A stretch of 47,681 nucleotides of DNA from Patescibacteria group bacterium (GTDB lineage Bacteria; Patescibacteriota; UBA1384; 2-12-FULL-50-11), in contig JALHMV010000004.1 of NCBI GenBank assembly GCA_022843855.1, positions 1-47,681 on the forward strand, read 5' to 3'. The notes beneath the pieces are model-generated. The model was not told the DNA's origin, did no database searches, and saw only the letters and a program-made list of their open reading frames with translations. Both the position numbers and the translations under genes were made by a program. Positions 26,902 to 37,010 of the stretch are shown in pieces. The stretch's first letter is position 1. Every line of letters starts with the position of its first letter.

Positions 26902-27192
26902 ATGGCTCGTTCACTCAAAAAAGGTCCGTTTGCGGACGAAAAGTTACTGAAGAAAATCGATGGCATGCCAGCTGGCAGCAAGACGGTCGTGAAAACCTGG
27001 AGTCGTCGGTCAACCATCTTCCCGGAAATGATCGGCTACACTTTTGGTGTCCACAACGGCAAGAGCTTTACTCCCGTAACCGTCACGGAAGAGATGGTCG
27101 GTCATAAGCTTGGTGAATTTTCGCCAACTCGTAACTTCCGCCATCACGGCGGTAAGATGGCCAAAGAGCAAGCAGCAGGTGGTAAGAAATGA
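26902..27192 (+). CDS. rpsS: 30S ribosomal protein S19
   Basis: 96 aa with [17 protein letters not shown] and [11 protein letters not shown]. Confidence 0.97.
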   Translation: MARSLKKGPFADEKLLKKIDGMPAGSKTVVKTWSRRSTIFPEMIGYTFGVHNGKSFTPVTVTEEMVGHKLGEFSPTRNFRHHGGKMAKEQAAGGKK

Positions 27193-27587
27193 GCGTCGTT
27201 ATTAAATTAAAAATGGTTCGCCACTCAGCGCGCAAACTTGCACCGGTTACCAAACTCGTGCAGGGCAAGGCGCTCGTTGATGCGATTAATCAAACCGCCG
27301 TTATGCCTCAGCACTCGGCTCACGAAGTTAATAAAGCATTAAAGATGGCTCAAGCTGCTGCGACTGGTAAAGAGTTTAAAGCCGAAGAGCTAGTGGTTGC
27401 GCAAATCTTTGCAACACAAGGGCCCAAAATCCGCCGTCAGCGACCGAACGCTCGTGGCCGTGCTAACCGTTACCTGAAGCACCTGGCACACATTACAGTG
27501 GTTGTCGACCAGGCAAAACCAAAGAAAGCCAAGCAAGCTCCGGTTAAAAAAGCCGAAACTAAAGCTGAAGTGAAGGAGAAGAACTAA
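27189..27587 (+). CDS. rplV: 50S ribosomal protein L22
   Basis: 132 aa in the L22 position, with [23 protein letters not shown] and [16 protein letters not shown]. Lys-rich tail. Confidence 0.95.
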   Translation: MSVVIKLKMVRHSARKLAPVTKLVQGKALVDAINQTAVMPQHSAHEVNKALKMAQAAATGKEFKAEELVVAQIFATQGPKIRRQRPNARGRANRYLKHLAHITVVVDQAKPKKAKQAPVKKAETKAEVKEKN

Positions 27588-28255
27588 TGGGCCAGAAGAT
27601 CAATCCGTTAAGCAACCGTATGAGTCTGACCGCGGACTGGAAGAGTAAGTGGTTCGCTGGCTCAAAAACCGATTACCGTAAATATCTCGTCGACGACGTG
27701 AAAATTCGCGAGTACATCATGAAAAAACTCAGCAACGCCGGTATCGGTAACGTTGAGATTGTTCGCTCACGCGATCGGCTGCAGCTCAAACTTACAACGA
27801 GCAAGCCAGGCCTTGTTATCGGTCGTGGTGGTCAGGGCATTAACCTGCTCAAGGAAGAGATTCAAAAGAAGTTTTATCCAGGCGGCATGCCAATTGTTCG
27901 TTTGGACATTATCGAAGAGCGCAAGCCCGAGTTATCCGCTACCTTAGTTGGCCAAAACATCGGCAGCCAAATCGAGCGCCGCATTCCGTATCGCCGAGCC
28001 TGCAAACAAGCGATCGAAAAGTCGATGGCCGCTGGTGCTAAAGGCGTCAAAATCATCGTCTCCGGCCGCCTGAACGGCGCCGAGATCGCTCGTGTTGAAA
28101 AGTTCCAGGACGGATCCATTCCGTTGTCACGATTCAACATGGCGATTGATTATAACGTCTACCACGCCAAAACTACCTACGGCATCATCGGTATTAAGGT
28201 TTGGTTAAACAAAGGTGAGATCGCTGACCAGGTTGAAGTTGAGGAGCGTCGCTAA
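27587..28255 (+). CDS. rpsC: 30S ribosomal protein S3
   Basis: 222 aa with MGQKINP, KH domain ([11 protein letters not shown]) and [10 protein letters not shown]. Confidence 0.98.
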   Translation: MGQKINPLSNRMSLTADWKSKWFAGSKTDYRKYLVDDVKIREYIMKKLSNAGIGNVEIVRSRDRLQLKLTTSKPGLVIGRGGQGINLLKEEIQKKFYPGGMPIVRLDIIEERKPELSATLVGQNIGSQIERRIPYRRACKQAIEKSMAAGAKGVKIIVSGRLNGAEIARVEKFQDGSIPLSRFNMAIDYNVYHAKTTYGIIGIKVWLNKGEIADQVEVEERR

Positions 28256-28668
28256 TGCTACTGCCAAAAAAGCTCAAACATCGAAAGCTCCATAAGGGTA
28301 CCTACGCCGGTCCGGCTACTCGTGGCTTTACGATCGATTTTGGCGATTACGCTTTAAAAGCAATGGATCGAGCCTGGCTAACAAGTCGGCAGATCGAAGC
28401 CGGTCGTCGAGCGATGACTCGCTATATTCGTCGTGGCGGTAAGATTTGGACACGAATCTTTCCCCACAAACCCGTCACAGCTAAACCAGCAGAAGTCGGC
28501 ATGGGTGGCGGAAAGGGCGCGCTTGACCACTTTGTAGCGGTTATCAAACCAGGAACAATAATTTTTGAGATTTCGGGCGTCGAAGAAGCTGTCGCTGCTG
28601 AAGCGATGCGGCTAGCTGCTCACAAGCTGCCGGTCAAAACCAAATTTGTCCGAAAGGAACGAGCGTAA
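28255..28668 (+). CDS. rplP: 50S ribosomal protein L16
   Basis: 137 aa with [23 protein letters not shown] and [10 protein letters not shown]. Confidence 0.98.
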   Translation: MLLPKKLKHRKLHKGTYAGPATRGFTIDFGDYALKAMDRAWLTSRQIEAGRRAMTRYIRRGGKIWTRIFPHKPVTAKPAEVGMGGGKGALDHFVAVIKPGTIIFEISGVEEAVAAEAMRLAAHKLPVKTKFVRKERA

Positions 28669-28671
28669 ACA

Positions 28672-28893
28672 ATGAAAAACGCCGATCACTTAAAAGAGCT
28701 ACGCCACTTATCAGTTGAGCAATTAACTGGTAAAATTCAGGAGAGTAAACGGCGACTTGTTGAAGTCGATCAGGAGAAACTCCTCGGTAAGCTCAAAAAT
28801 GTTGCTTCACGGAAGTATTTGAAGCGCCAGATCGCTCAAATGCTGACTATTCGTGACGAAAAAATCGCCGAAAAGGTAAAAACCAATGCGTAA
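28672..28893 (+). CDS. rpmC: 50S ribosomal protein L29
   Basis: 73 aa in the L29 position, with a helical LKELRHLSVEQL motif. Confidence 0.9.
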   Translation: MKNADHLKELRHLSVEQLTGKIQESKRRLVEVDQEKLLGKLKNVASRKYLKRQIAQMLTIRDEKIAEKVKTNA

Positions 28894-29134
28894 AACAATG
28901 ATGGGAGTTGTGGTGTCCGATAAGATGCAGCAAACAGCTGTCGTTGCTGTCACGACTCAAAAAATTCACCCCATTATCAAGAAACGCTACAACCGGACTA
29001 ATCGGTTTATGGCTCACAACCCAGAGAATACCTATAAGACAGGTGACCAGGTCGTTATCGCCGAAACTCGGCCCCGGAGTAAGAACAAGAACTGGGAGAT
29101 TACTGGTCTAGTTGGCGTCAAGGAGAAGAAATAA
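28886..29134 (+). CDS. rpsQ: 30S ribosomal protein S17
   Basis: 82 aa. [18 protein letters not shown]...[17 protein letters not shown]...[14 protein letters not shown]. Confidence 0.96.
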   Translation: MRKTMMGVVVSDKMQQTAVVAVTTQKIHPIIKKRYNRTNRFMAHNPENTYKTGDQVVIAETRPRSKNKNWEITGLVGVKEKK

Positions 29135-29502
29135 TGCTTCAACTCCGCTCTCGCATTAAAGTTGCAGACAACTCCGGCGCCCGCTGGGTCGGTGTGATTA
29201 AGGTAGTTCAGCAAGGCAAGAGCGACGCTGCTCAGATTGGCGACGTCATTATTGCATCGGTTAAGGACGCTATTCCTCGTGGTAACGTCAAAGCTAAAGA
29301 AGTCGTTCGAGCTGTTGTTGTTCGTCAAACCAAGCCGCTGCGCCGTAAAGACGGTTCAACGATTCGTTTTGACGATAATGCGGTTGTCATTATCAACCCG
29401 GACGGTACGCCTCGCGGTACTCGAATTTTTGGACCGATTGCCCGAGAAATCCGCGACAAAGGTTTCGCAAAAATCGTTTCGCTAGCACCGGAGGTTCTCT
29501 AA
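29134..29502 (+). CDS. rplN: 50S ribosomal protein L14
   Basis: 122 aa with [17 protein letters not shown] and [11 protein letters not shown]. Confidence 0.98.
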   Translation: MLQLRSRIKVADNSGARWVGVIKVVQQGKSDAAQIGDVIIASVKDAIPRGNVKAKEVVRAVVVRQTKPLRRKDGSTIRFDDNAVVIINPDGTPRGTRIFGPIAREIRDKGFAKIVSLAPEVL

Positions 29503-29829
29503 ATGAAAGCTAAAATCCTCAAAGGTGACAAAGTTCTGATTATTGCCGGAAAAGATCGCGGCAAGACTGGAACGGTTGAGCGAGTAATGCCCCGAGATAA
29601 CAAGGTAGTTGTTACCGGCTTAAATATGGTTAAGAAACATCTCAAGAAGTCAGCCAAAAACCCACAGGGCGGTGTTGTGGATAAGGTTCAGCCGATTCAC
29701 ATAAGCAACGTGATGTTGCTCGATCCGAGCCAAAACAAACCAACGCGAGTTGGCTATGTCATTAAAGGTAACGACAAAAATCGTGTCGCCAAACTTAGCG
29801 GCGAAGTCGTGCGTGGGGAGAAGCAATGA
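29503..29829 (+). CDS. rplX: 50S ribosomal protein L24
   Basis: 108 aa with KGDKVLIIAGKDRGKTGTV (KOW motif). Confidence 0.96.
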   Translation: MKAKILKGDKVLIIAGKDRGKTGTVERVMPRDNKVVVTGLNMVKKHLKKSAKNPQGGVVDKVQPIHISNVMLLDPSQNKPTRVGYVIKGNDKNRVAKLSGEVVRGEKQ

Positions 29830-30368
29830 TAATTTCATACAAAGAACGATTTGCGGCTCAAACAAAAGATCTGATGGCAGCGCTTGAAGTTGCTAACGTC
29901 AACGCACTGCCAAAATTGGAGAAAGTCACTGTTAACGTCGGAACTGGTCGCTTCCGAGGAAATAAGGAGATGCTGAGCTATATCGAAGGCGCTCTCAAGC
30001 AGATTACTGGCCAAAAAGCAGCTGTTACGAAATCGCGTAAATCGATCTCGGGCTTTAAGCTCCGCGCTGGCGAAGAAGTGGGCATGAAAGTGACGCTTCG
30101 TAACCAAAAGATGTATGACTTCATTGATCGTTTGATTAACGTAGCCCTACCCCGAATTCGCGAGTTCCGCGGCTTTGAGGCAAAAAACTTTGATGCTCAA
30201 GGCAACTTAACGATCGGTTTTAGCGATACTGTTCCGTTTGCCGAGCTCGGTCACAGCTCTCTCGACAAGCCGTTTGGTCTGTCGATGACCTTCACGTTTG
30301 GCAATTCTAACCGCGATAAGTCATACAAGCTCCTCCAGACTCTTGGCTTACCTGTAAAAATCGATTAA
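29826..30368 (+). CDS. rplE: 50S ribosomal protein L5
   Basis: 180 aa with KVTVNVGTG, GMKVTLRNQKMYDFIDRL and LPRIREFRG. Confidence 0.97.
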   Translation: MIISYKERFAAQTKDLMAALEVANVNALPKLEKVTVNVGTGRFRGNKEMLSYIEGALKQITGQKAAVTKSRKSISGFKLRAGEEVGMKVTLRNQKMYDFIDRLINVALPRIREFRGFEAKNFDAQGNLTIGFSDTVPFAELGHSSLDKPFGLSMTFTFGNSNRDKSYKLLQTLGLPVKID

Positions 30369-30383
30369 ACTAACAAAAGTATT

Positions 30384-30563
30384 ATGGCAAGTAAACGCTT
30401 TCAGACACGGGGAAAACCAAAGTTCGCGGTTCGACACGTCAACCGCTGTGCTTTGTGCGGCCGAAACCGCGGCTACTTGCGCGCGTTTGATATCTGTCGG
30501 ATTTGTTTTCGGGAACGGGCAAGTCGTGGCGAGATCCCCGGCGTACGAAAGGCTTCTTGGTAA
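30384..30563 (+). CDS. rpsN: 30S ribosomal protein S14, zinc-binding type Z (59 aa; below the ORF-track cutoff)
   Basis: Hand translation gives [59 protein letters not shown]. CxxC...CxxC zinc motif. The TAA overlaps the rpsH ATG by 1 nt. Confidence 0.93.
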   Translation: MASKRFQTRGKPKFAVRHVNRCALCGRNRGYLRAFDICRICFRERASRGEIPGVRKASW

Positions 30564-30934
30564 TGTATACCGATACAGTTTCTGACTTGGTAACCCAAAT
30601 CCGTAACGCCTCGGCTGCCGAGAAGGATCTTGTTACCATTCGAAGCTCGAAAGTTGTTCGAGCGATCGCTGATGTCATGAAGACAGCTGGTTTTGTCAGC
30701 AATATTTCTGTCGAAGGTCGCAATCTTCAAATCTCACTCGGGGGCGCTCAACCAGTTACTCACATTAAGCGTCTCAGTAAGCCAGGCTTGCGCCGCTACG
30801 TGAAAACAACTGAGATTCCCACCCCGTTTAGCGGTTTAGGTACGGTTATTTTATCGACTCCCAAAGGAGTTATGACCGGCCTTCAGGCGAAAAAACAAAA
30901 AGTCGGCGGCGAGCTAATTTGTGAGGTCTGGTAA
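30563..30934 (+). CDS. rpsH: 30S ribosomal protein S8
   Basis: 123 aa from ATG 30563 ([16 protein letters not shown]...). The longer track ORF from 30503 overlaps rpsN and is rejected. Confidence 0.95.
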   Translation: MYTDTVSDLVTQIRNASAAEKDLVTIRSSKVVRAIADVMKTAGFVSNISVEGRNLQISLGGAQPVTHIKRLSKPGLRRYVKTTEIPTPFSGLGTVILSTPKGVMTGLQAKKQKVGGELICEVW

Positions 30935-31476
30935 TGTCACGTATCGGAATTCGCCCAGTTGAGGTAAAAGACGGAATTACCGTTGAGCTATCGCCAACCA
31001 AGTTGACAGCGCGTGGCACGCTCGGTGTTCAAGAAGTATCGCTCCCGTACGGCGTTACAGTTGTTCAAAAAGACAACAAGATTGTCGTTACCCGAATCAA
31101 CGACACCAAGCAAAACAAGGCACTTCACGGAACAGTTCGTAACTTGATTCAGAACGCCGTGACCGGTGTTTCGGCGGGGCTTGAAAAGAAGCTCGAGCTC
31201 GTTGGTATCGGTTATCGCGCGGCGCTCGAAGGCAACACCCTTGTTCTCCAGGTCGGGTTTACTCACCCAGTCAAGATGGAAATTCCCGAGGGCCTACAGG
31301 TCAAGATCGAAAAAAATGTCATCGCCGTTAGCGGTGCGGATAAGCAACGCCTGGGACAGTTCTGTGCCGAGATTCGAGCAAACCGACCACCAGAACCGTA
31401 CAAGGGCAAAGGTATTCGCTACCAGGGCGAGCAGGTTCGGATGAAGCAGGGTAAAGCGATGAAGGCAGGGGCATAA
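30934..31476 (+). CDS. rplF: 50S ribosomal protein L6
   Basis: 180 aa with MSRIGIRPV, LVGIGYRA and PEPYKGKGIRY. Confidence 0.97.
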   Translation: MSRIGIRPVEVKDGITVELSPTKLTARGTLGVQEVSLPYGVTVVQKDNKIVVTRINDTKQNKALHGTVRNLIQNAVTGVSAGLEKKLELVGIGYRAALEGNTLVLQVGFTHPVKMEIPEGLQVKIEKNVIAVSGADKQRLGQFCAEIRANRPPEPYKGKGIRYQGEQVRMKQGKAMKAGA

Positions 31477-31478
31477 TC

Positions 31479-31811
31479 ATGAATCAAACACGCCGATCTA
31501 AAATTCAAACTAAACTGCGGAAAACTGTTATCGGTACAGCCGAACGACCCCGTTTGTCGGTATATCGTAGTTTAAACCAGGTTTACGCTCAGCTCATCGA
31601 TGACGCTACGGGTAAGACGCTCGCTTCGGCTCACTCCCTAAAATCAACGGGGAGTCTGTCAGTAAAGGCGACCGAGGTTGGTACGGCGATCGCAGCAGCG
31701 GCCAAGGAGAAGAAGATTAAAAGCGCTGTCTACGACCGCGCCGGTTTTGCCTATAGCGGCGCCGTGAAAGCACTGTGCGAGGCAGCTCGTGCGGCAGGAT
31801 TAACTATTTAA
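31479..31811 (+). CDS. rplR: 50S ribosomal protein L18
   Basis: 110 aa with RPRLSVYRSLNQVYAQLIDD and VYDRAGFAYSGAVKALCEAARAAGL. Confidence 0.96.
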   Translation: MNQTRRSKIQTKLRKTVIGTAERPRLSVYRSLNQVYAQLIDDATGKTLASAHSLKSTGSLSVKATEVGTAIAAAAKEKKIKSAVYDRAGFAYSGAVKALCEAARAAGLTI

Positions 31812-31813
31812 AT

Positions 31814-32314
31814 ATGACACGCGACGAAAAAGCCCCACAAATTGAAGACGTAACCGTAACGCTCCCAGAGCCAGATCTGGAAGAAAAGGTTGTTGGTATC
31901 GACCGAATTTCTCGTACGGTTGCTGGTGGTCGCCGTATTCGTTTTCGCGCTCTCGTGATCGTTGGCAACCGACATGACAAGGTTGGTGTTGGTATGGCGA
32001 AGGCCAACGACGTTCAGTCAGCGATCGCTAAAGCTGTTGCTCAAGCAAAGAAGGTCATGATTACGGTGCCGTTAATCAACGAAACGATTCCGCACCAGGT
32101 CACCGAAACATACGGAACCTCTTCCGTTCTGCTCAAACCGGCGCCAAAAGGTCACTCAATCATCGCCGGTGGTGCCGTTCGACCGGTCCTCGAACTTGCT
32201 GGTATTAAAAATATCGTGAGTAAGACCATTGGGAGTAGCAACGCCCTCAACAGCGCGATGGCGACGTACACCGCCCTAAAAACTCTTAAGCCGCGTCCAA
32301 CAAAGGCAAAATAA
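31814..32314 (+). CDS. rpsE: 30S ribosomal protein S5
   Basis: 166 aa from ATG 31814. [36 protein letters not shown]. Ends with an ATGA-type junction directly onto rplO. Confidence 0.95.
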   Translation: MTRDEKAPQIEDVTVTLPEPDLEEKVVGIDRISRTVAGGRRIRFRALVIVGNRHDKVGVGMAKANDVQSAIAKAVAQAKKVMITVPLINETIPHQVTETYGTSSVLLKPAPKGHSIIAGGAVRPVLELAGIKNIVSKTIGSSNALNSAMATYTALKTLKPRPTKAK

Positions 32315-32730
32315 TGAGCATCACTGAACTCTTTAAAGATAATCGATACAAGAAAGCCAAGCGTGTCGGTCGTGGTATTTCGGCCGGTGGCGGTAAAACA
32401 GCTGGTCGCGGTACCAAGGGTCAAAAATCACGCACTGGTTCAAACTCGAAAATCAGTCCGTGGTTTGAAGGTGGTCAAACGCCGCTCTTCCGAAAGATGG
32501 CCAAGGTACGGGGCTTTAAGCACAACGTCGCTAAACCGTTCCTCGTCACCACAACAGTGATCAACCGCTTTTACAAAGACGGGGAGACCGTTTCGCCAAC
32601 AACCATTCTCGAACGCAAAATTGCGCGCAGCAACCAGCTTAAAGGTGGCGTCAAGGTTGTGAAGCGTGATGATCTCTCGGTAAAAGTTCAGTTCGAATCG
32701 GTAAGCGTTTCTAAGACGATTGCCTCGTAA
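32314..32730 (+). CDS. rplO: 50S ribosomal protein L15
   Basis: 138 aa with [25 protein letters not shown]. It follows rpsE immediately, so there is no L30 gene. Confidence 0.96.
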   Translation: MSITELFKDNRYKKAKRVGRGISAGGGKTAGRGTKGQKSRTGSNSKISPWFEGGQTPLFRKMAKVRGFKHNVAKPFLVTTTVINRFYKDGETVSPTTILERKIARSNQLKGGVKVVKRDDLSVKVQFESVSVSKTIAS

Positions 32731-32794
32731 TGCGTTTGGTGGGGGAGTGGGGTTTGAGTAACACCCGTCAAGTGTGGTACAGCTGAAGAACGTC

Positions 32795-34072
32795 ATGCTA
32801 CAGTCATTTCTTCAAGTTTTCCGTAGTCCAGATCTCCGTTCTAAGGTTTTCTTTACGCTCGCCATCTTGGTGCTCGTGCGAATCGTGGCGCATATTCCGC
32901 TGCCTCAGATCGACCGCGCTCAACTCGAGACGTTTCTTAACCAGTCGGAAAATCAAATATTTGGTGTCCTGAGTTTGTTTACTGGCGGTGCTCTTGCCCA
33001 ATTGTCGATCAGTCTCATGGGAGTGGGGCCGTACATTACCGCCTCGATTATCATCCAGGTCTTAACCAAGGCTATCCCAACATGGGAAGCGCTCTCCAAA
33101 GAAGGCGGTTCAGGTCGAGAGAAGCTCAATCGATACACCCGTTACGTAAGCGTCCCTCTGGCGGTCATCCAAGGCTACGCGATGATATCTCTTCTGAGGA
33201 GCCAGAACGTCTTCCCGGCCCTCGATGGGATTGATATCCTCCTTGTTCTTACAGCGTTAACGGTAACGAGTGTCTTTTTGATGTGGTTAGGAGAATTGAT
33301 CTCGGAAAAGGGAATCGGTAACGGCATATCACTAATTATCGCTCTTGGGATAGTCGCTGGCTTACCGCAACAGGTTGCCAACGTTGCAACGACAGTTGAG
33401 GCAAGTTCGTATCTAAATATTGTTATTTTCGGAGCGATTGCCTTATTAACTGTTATGGTCGTGATCATGGTTAATGAGGCCGAGCGAAAGATCCCAATCA
33501 CCTACGCCAAGCGACAAGCCGGCCCCGTCCGATCGAGCGCCCCCGTCGATAGCTACCTACCGCTGCGAGTCAATACGGCTGGTGTTATTCCGATTATCTT
33601 TGCGTTGAGCTTTCTGACGTTTCCCGAAGTTGTCGCCCGTTTTCTCTCAACCGCCCGTTCGGAATGGCTCGTCAATTTCTCCAATAGCATCACCGCTTTC
33701 GTCGGAAACGATATCTACTACGCGATCATGTACGCTGTCTTAGTCTTTGCTTTTACGTTCTTTTATACCTACATAGTACTCGAACCAACGCAGTTGGCAG
33801 AGAATCTTCAAAAACAGAGCGGATTTATTCCCGGTGTCCGACCAGGAAGTGAGACAACCACGTTCTTACGCTATACCATCAGTCGGATTACGGTCATCGG
33901 CGCGATCTTCTTAGCGGCGATCGCTGTTTTACCGATCTTTCTCGAAAATAGCTTAAGCATCCCGTCACTCGTCATCGGTGGAACCAGCGTATTAATCGTC
34001 GTCTCGGTTGTAATAGATACCAACCGCCAACTCAGCGGTCAGCTATCGCTCCGTCGGTATGACAGTCTCTAA
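32795..34072 (+). CDS. secY: Preprotein translocase subunit SecY
   Basis: 425 aa from ATG 32795 (GTG 32774 is possible), 10-TM pattern. LRSKVFFTLAILVLVRIVAHIPLP, GVGPYITASIIIQ, NTAGVIPIIFA. Confidence 0.95.
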   Translation: MLQSFLQVFRSPDLRSKVFFTLAILVLVRIVAHIPLPQIDRAQLETFLNQSENQIFGVLSLFTGGALAQLSISLMGVGPYITASIIIQVLTKAIPTWEALSKEGGSGREKLNRYTRYVSVPLAVIQGYAMISLLRSQNVFPALDGIDILLVLTALTVTSVFLMWLGELISEKGIGNGISLIIALGIVAGLPQQVANVATTVEASSYLNIVIFGAIALLTVMVVIMVNEAERKIPITYAKRQAGPVRSSAPVDSYLPLRVNTAGVIPIIFALSFLTFPEVVARFLSTARSEWLVNFSNSITAFVGNDIYYAIMYAVLVFAFTFFYTYIVLEPTQLAENLQKQSGFIPGVRPGSETTTFLRYTISRITVIGAIFLAAIAVLPIFLENSLSIPSLVIGGTSVLIVVSVVIDTNRQLSGQLSLRRYDSL

Positions 34073-34087
34073 GCTATAATATAAACT

Positions 34088-34774
34088 ATGAGCGTCTCAC
34101 CCCTGACTGTATTCGTCGTTCTGGTAGTGTTCGGGTTTCTGTCTGGTTCGACGATTTATTTTTATAACCGGAGTCAGAGCGAAACGGTTAAACAAAAGAA
34201 CGCCGAAGCAACGTTTCAAGCGGAGAGTCTTCCCAGCCCCGCCGAAACATCGTCCAAAGTTGACGAGCTGACTGCTCCGGCCGAACCACGAGGGCGTTTG
34301 AGTTACCCAGCCAACGTCTATAAGGTTCAAGCAAAAGAATCCCTCTTCACTATCGGAGAGAAAATGGGTGTTTCATGGCAAACGATCAAATCGGCAAACG
34401 GTTTGAAAGATGAGAATGTTATTCAGGCAGATTTTCCGCTTGTTATTCCGAAAGTGAGCAAAGAAACTGACTATTTCCGTGTCAACTTTGTCGTTGACGA
34501 AGCGAAGGCGTCGGAGCTCAATCGAGAACTGAGAGATAAAGAGAGTAGTGAATGGTACGACCCGGTAGAGGTAGCAAAAAAACACGTTGAGCCGTATTTC
34601 AACGCACTCAAGACCGACGTCTTTTCGCTCGTTGAGGCTGATCTCTCAAAAGGTACGGCGCTCGTTGAGGTTAAAAGCGAGACTCGACTCATCTACGTCG
34701 GTCTCATTCAACCAAAAATTAAAGGGAAAAAGGGTCTCTGGGCGCTGTATTATGTTGAAGATCGAAGTAAGTGA
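34088..34774 (+). CDS. Membrane-anchored LysM domain protein
   Basis: 228 aa with an N-terminal TM (LTVFVVLVVFGFLSGSTIYFY). LysM motif YKVQAKESLFTIGEKMGVSWQTIKSANGLKDENVIQADFPLVIP. C-terminal domain is unknown. Confidence 0.75.
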   Translation: MSVSPLTVFVVLVVFGFLSGSTIYFYNRSQSETVKQKNAEATFQAESLPSPAETSSKVDELTAPAEPRGRLSYPANVYKVQAKESLFTIGEKMGVSWQTIKSANGLKDENVIQADFPLVIPKVSKETDYFRVNFVVDEAKASELNRELRDKESSEWYDPVEVAKKHVEPYFNALKTDVFSLVEADLSKGTALVEVKSETRLIYVGLIQPKIKGKKGLWALYYVEDRSK

Positions 34775-34775
34775 G

Positions 34776-35369
34776 ATGAAATATCTTTTTCTCGTGAGTG
34801 GCCCGCAAGGTTCAGGGAAAAGTACACAGGCCGAGCAGTTAGCGGCGGTCAATGAGGCGCCGCTTTTCGAATCGGGCCACAAGCTTCGAGAAATGGTCGA
34901 GCGTAACGAACCAGGTGCCCGCGAAGTAGAGCAGTATATGGAAAAAGGCGAGCTGGTGCCGCACCATTACGTCGACACGCTTTTTACGGAATTTTTTGCG
35001 CGCAATAGCAGCTCGCCGATTTTAGTTTCTGACGGGTATCCACGCAATTTACCAGAATTGAAGATCGTTCAGCGGCTATGCAGTGAAGATAATCGCGTCG
35101 TTATCGGTGTTGCCATCGACCTTGACGAAACGACCGCTGTTGAACGAATTATCGCTCGAGCCCAAACCAAAACAGACGGCGATCGTCCTGATGACTCTCC
35201 GGAAGCGATACGACAACGGCTTAATCTGTATCACAAGGAAACCGTTCCGGTTCTCGAGGAACTACGCGCAAACCACGTGCTGCTTTCTGTTGATGGGAGC
35301 GGAACCATCGAGCAGGTTACCGATCTCATGCTTTCGCTGACGCAGTCACAGATTTCAGATGAAGCATAA
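34776..35369 (+). CDS. adk: Adenylate kinase (short-LID type)
   Basis: 197 aa from ATG 34776, with P-loop SGPQGSGKSTQ at aa 8-18. GELVP, DGYPRN. No Zn-finger LID. Confidence 0.9.
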   Translation: MKYLFLVSGPQGSGKSTQAEQLAAVNEAPLFESGHKLREMVERNEPGAREVEQYMEKGELVPHHYVDTLFTEFFARNSSSPILVSDGYPRNLPELKIVQRLCSEDNRVVIGVAIDLDETTAVERIIARAQTKTDGDRPDDSPEAIRQRLNLYHKETVPVLEELRANHVLLSVDGSGTIEQVTDLMLSLTQSQISDEA

Positions 35370-36090
35370 CCGTGAACTGCAACACGCAGCCGGGCTCGTT
35401 GCCTGGAATCTCTTCGAAGAATTAGAACAATTGATCAAGCCCGGTCTAAATCTGCTCACCATTGAAGAGTTAGCCCGAAAGCGCATCGAGTCAAACAAGA
35501 TGAAGCCGGCCTTTCTTGGCTACAAAGGCTACCCCGCTGTCACCTGCCTCTCAGTTAACTCCGCGGTTGTACACGGCATTCCTTACGACTACGCTCTGAA
35601 ATCCGGCGACGTTGTTGCTGTTGACATCGGCATCAACAACAACGGGTATCTCGTCGACACCGCCAGAACCTACGGAGTGGGGGAGATCAGCTCAGAGAAC
35701 CAGAAGCTTTTGACAACGACCTCGGCGGCACTTGAAGCGGCAATACCACTGTGTCGGGCCGGTACGTCCGTCGGTGTAGTCGGACAGTCTATTCAGGAAA
35801 CAGTTGAAGCTGCCGGTTTCTCAATCATCGATGAATTAGCTGGTCACGGCGTCGGCGAAACGCTTCAAGAGGAGCCCAGCGTGCCCAACCACGGACCGGC
35901 CGATCGCGGAGCAAAACTGACAGTCGGAACGGTAATTGCGATCGAACCAATTACGGCCGTTAAGCCCGTTACGATTGCGATTCTTGAAGACGGCTGGACA
36001 ATTATTGCTCAGCCAGACGTCGTCACCGCCCATTTTGAGCACACCGTCCTCATCACGGATAACGGCCCGGTCGTTCTAACCCGTCCATGA
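35359..36090 (+). CDS. map: Methionine aminopeptidase, type I
   Basis: 243 aa with [34 protein letters not shown] and EHTVLIT metal-ligand context. Confidence 0.95.
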   Translation: MKHNRELQHAAGLVAWNLFEELEQLIKPGLNLLTIEELARKRIESNKMKPAFLGYKGYPAVTCLSVNSAVVHGIPYDYALKSGDVVAVDIGINNNGYLVDTARTYGVGEISSENQKLLTTTSAALEAAIPLCRAGTSVGVVGQSIQETVEAAGFSIIDELAGHGVGETLQEEPSVPNHGPADRGAKLTVGTVIAIEPITAVKPVTIAILEDGWTIIAQPDVVTAHFEHTVLITDNGPVVLTRP

Positions 36091-36190
36091 CAGGTTGTTA
36101 TCTGGTTTGGCGATCGGTATACTTAACCCAGATGGCTATTCGTTTTCGACAGGAGATCGCCTAGGGGCCACTCGACCGGCTCTTTTTACG

Positions 36191-36409
36191 ATGGATAAAG
36201 AAGGTGTCATTGCGCTTGACGGGCTGATCGATGAAGCGCTGCCCAATACGCAATTCCGAATCGTTCTTGATAACGGTCAGCATATCCTTGGATATGTTTC
36301 GGGAAAAATCCGTAAAAACAGGATTCGCATCCTGCCTGGCGATCGTGTGACCGTCGAACTCAGCCCGTACGACATGACGAAAGGTCGAATCACCCGTCGC
36401 TTGACCTAA
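36191..36409 (+). CDS. infA: Translation initiation factor IF-1
   Basis: 72 aa from ATG 36191. [54 protein letters not shown]. Confidence 0.95.
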   Translation: MDKEGVIALDGLIDEALPNTQFRIVLDNGQHILGYVSGKIRKNRIRILPGDRVTVELSPYDMTKGRITRRLT

Positions 36410-36461
36410 ATAGGGGCTGACAACCAGGAAAAAGTACGATAGAATAAATAACGATATAAAT

Positions 36462-36575
36462 ATGAAAGTTCATGCCGGTGCCAAAAAGCGATGTGACAAG
36501 TGCAAAACCGTCCGCCGACGGGGAGTTTTGTATGTCATCTGCCAGAACCCGCGCCACAAACAGCGACAAGGATAA
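36462..36575 (+). CDS. rpmJ: 50S ribosomal protein L36 (37 aa; below the ORF-track cutoff)
   Basis: Hand translation gives [39 protein letters not shown]...C....H zinc ribbon pattern. Confidence 0.93.
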   Translation: MKVHAGAKKRCDKCKTVRRRGVLYVICQNPRHKQRQG

Positions 36576-36621
36576 CAGTGATGAGCGCTCATTTTCCCAA
36601 TAAGTATATTTCGAAATAACA

Positions 36622-37008
36622 ATGCCACGGATTGCCGGAGTAAACATTCCAGATAATAAACGTGTCGAGATTGGCTTGAGCTATGTCTTTGGGGTTGGCC
36701 CATCGAATTGTAAAGTAATTCTCGACAAAGCCGGTGTAAAAGATAATCCCAAATTTTCGGAGCTCACCGAGACTGAGGTTGATACCATTCGAGCTATCGT
36801 CGAAAAAGAATACACCGTTGAAGGCGACCTCAAGCAGCAAGTCAGCCAGAATATCCGACGCTTAAAAGATATTAATAGTTACCGCGGTACGCGACATCGT
36901 CGCGGGTTACCTGTTCACGGTCAGCGAACAAAGACCAACGCACGGACCAAACGAGGTAAGAAAGTTACGGTCGGTAGCGGTAAGAAGAAAGCAGCAGATA
37001 AAACCTAA
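36622..37008 (+). CDS. rpsM: 30S ribosomal protein S13
   Basis: 128 aa with MPRIAGVNIP, IRRLKDINSYRGTRHRRGLPVHGQRTKTNART. Confidence 0.98.
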   Translation: MPRIAGVNIPDNKRVEIGLSYVFGVGPSNCKVILDKAGVKDNPKFSELTETEVDTIRAIVEKEYTVEGDLKQQVSQNIRRLKDINSYRGTRHRRGLPVHGQRTKTNARTKRGKKVTVGSGKKKAADKT

Positions 37009-37010
37009 AC

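Noticed and set aside
36108-36159. Long-range pairing ggcgatc...gatcgcc in the infA leader, as a possible regulatory structure
   Set aside because: It is a single 7-bp pairing enclosing ~38 nt with no further support, and could be chance. The track ORF from 36095 is just an upstream extension of infA with a non-ATG start.
36580-36591. Palindrome atgagcgctcat plus ttt between rpmJ and rpsM, as a possible terminator or attenuator
   Set aside because: It has no real loop (an effective stem of about 4 bp) and a short T-run. It is too weak to call from sequence alone.
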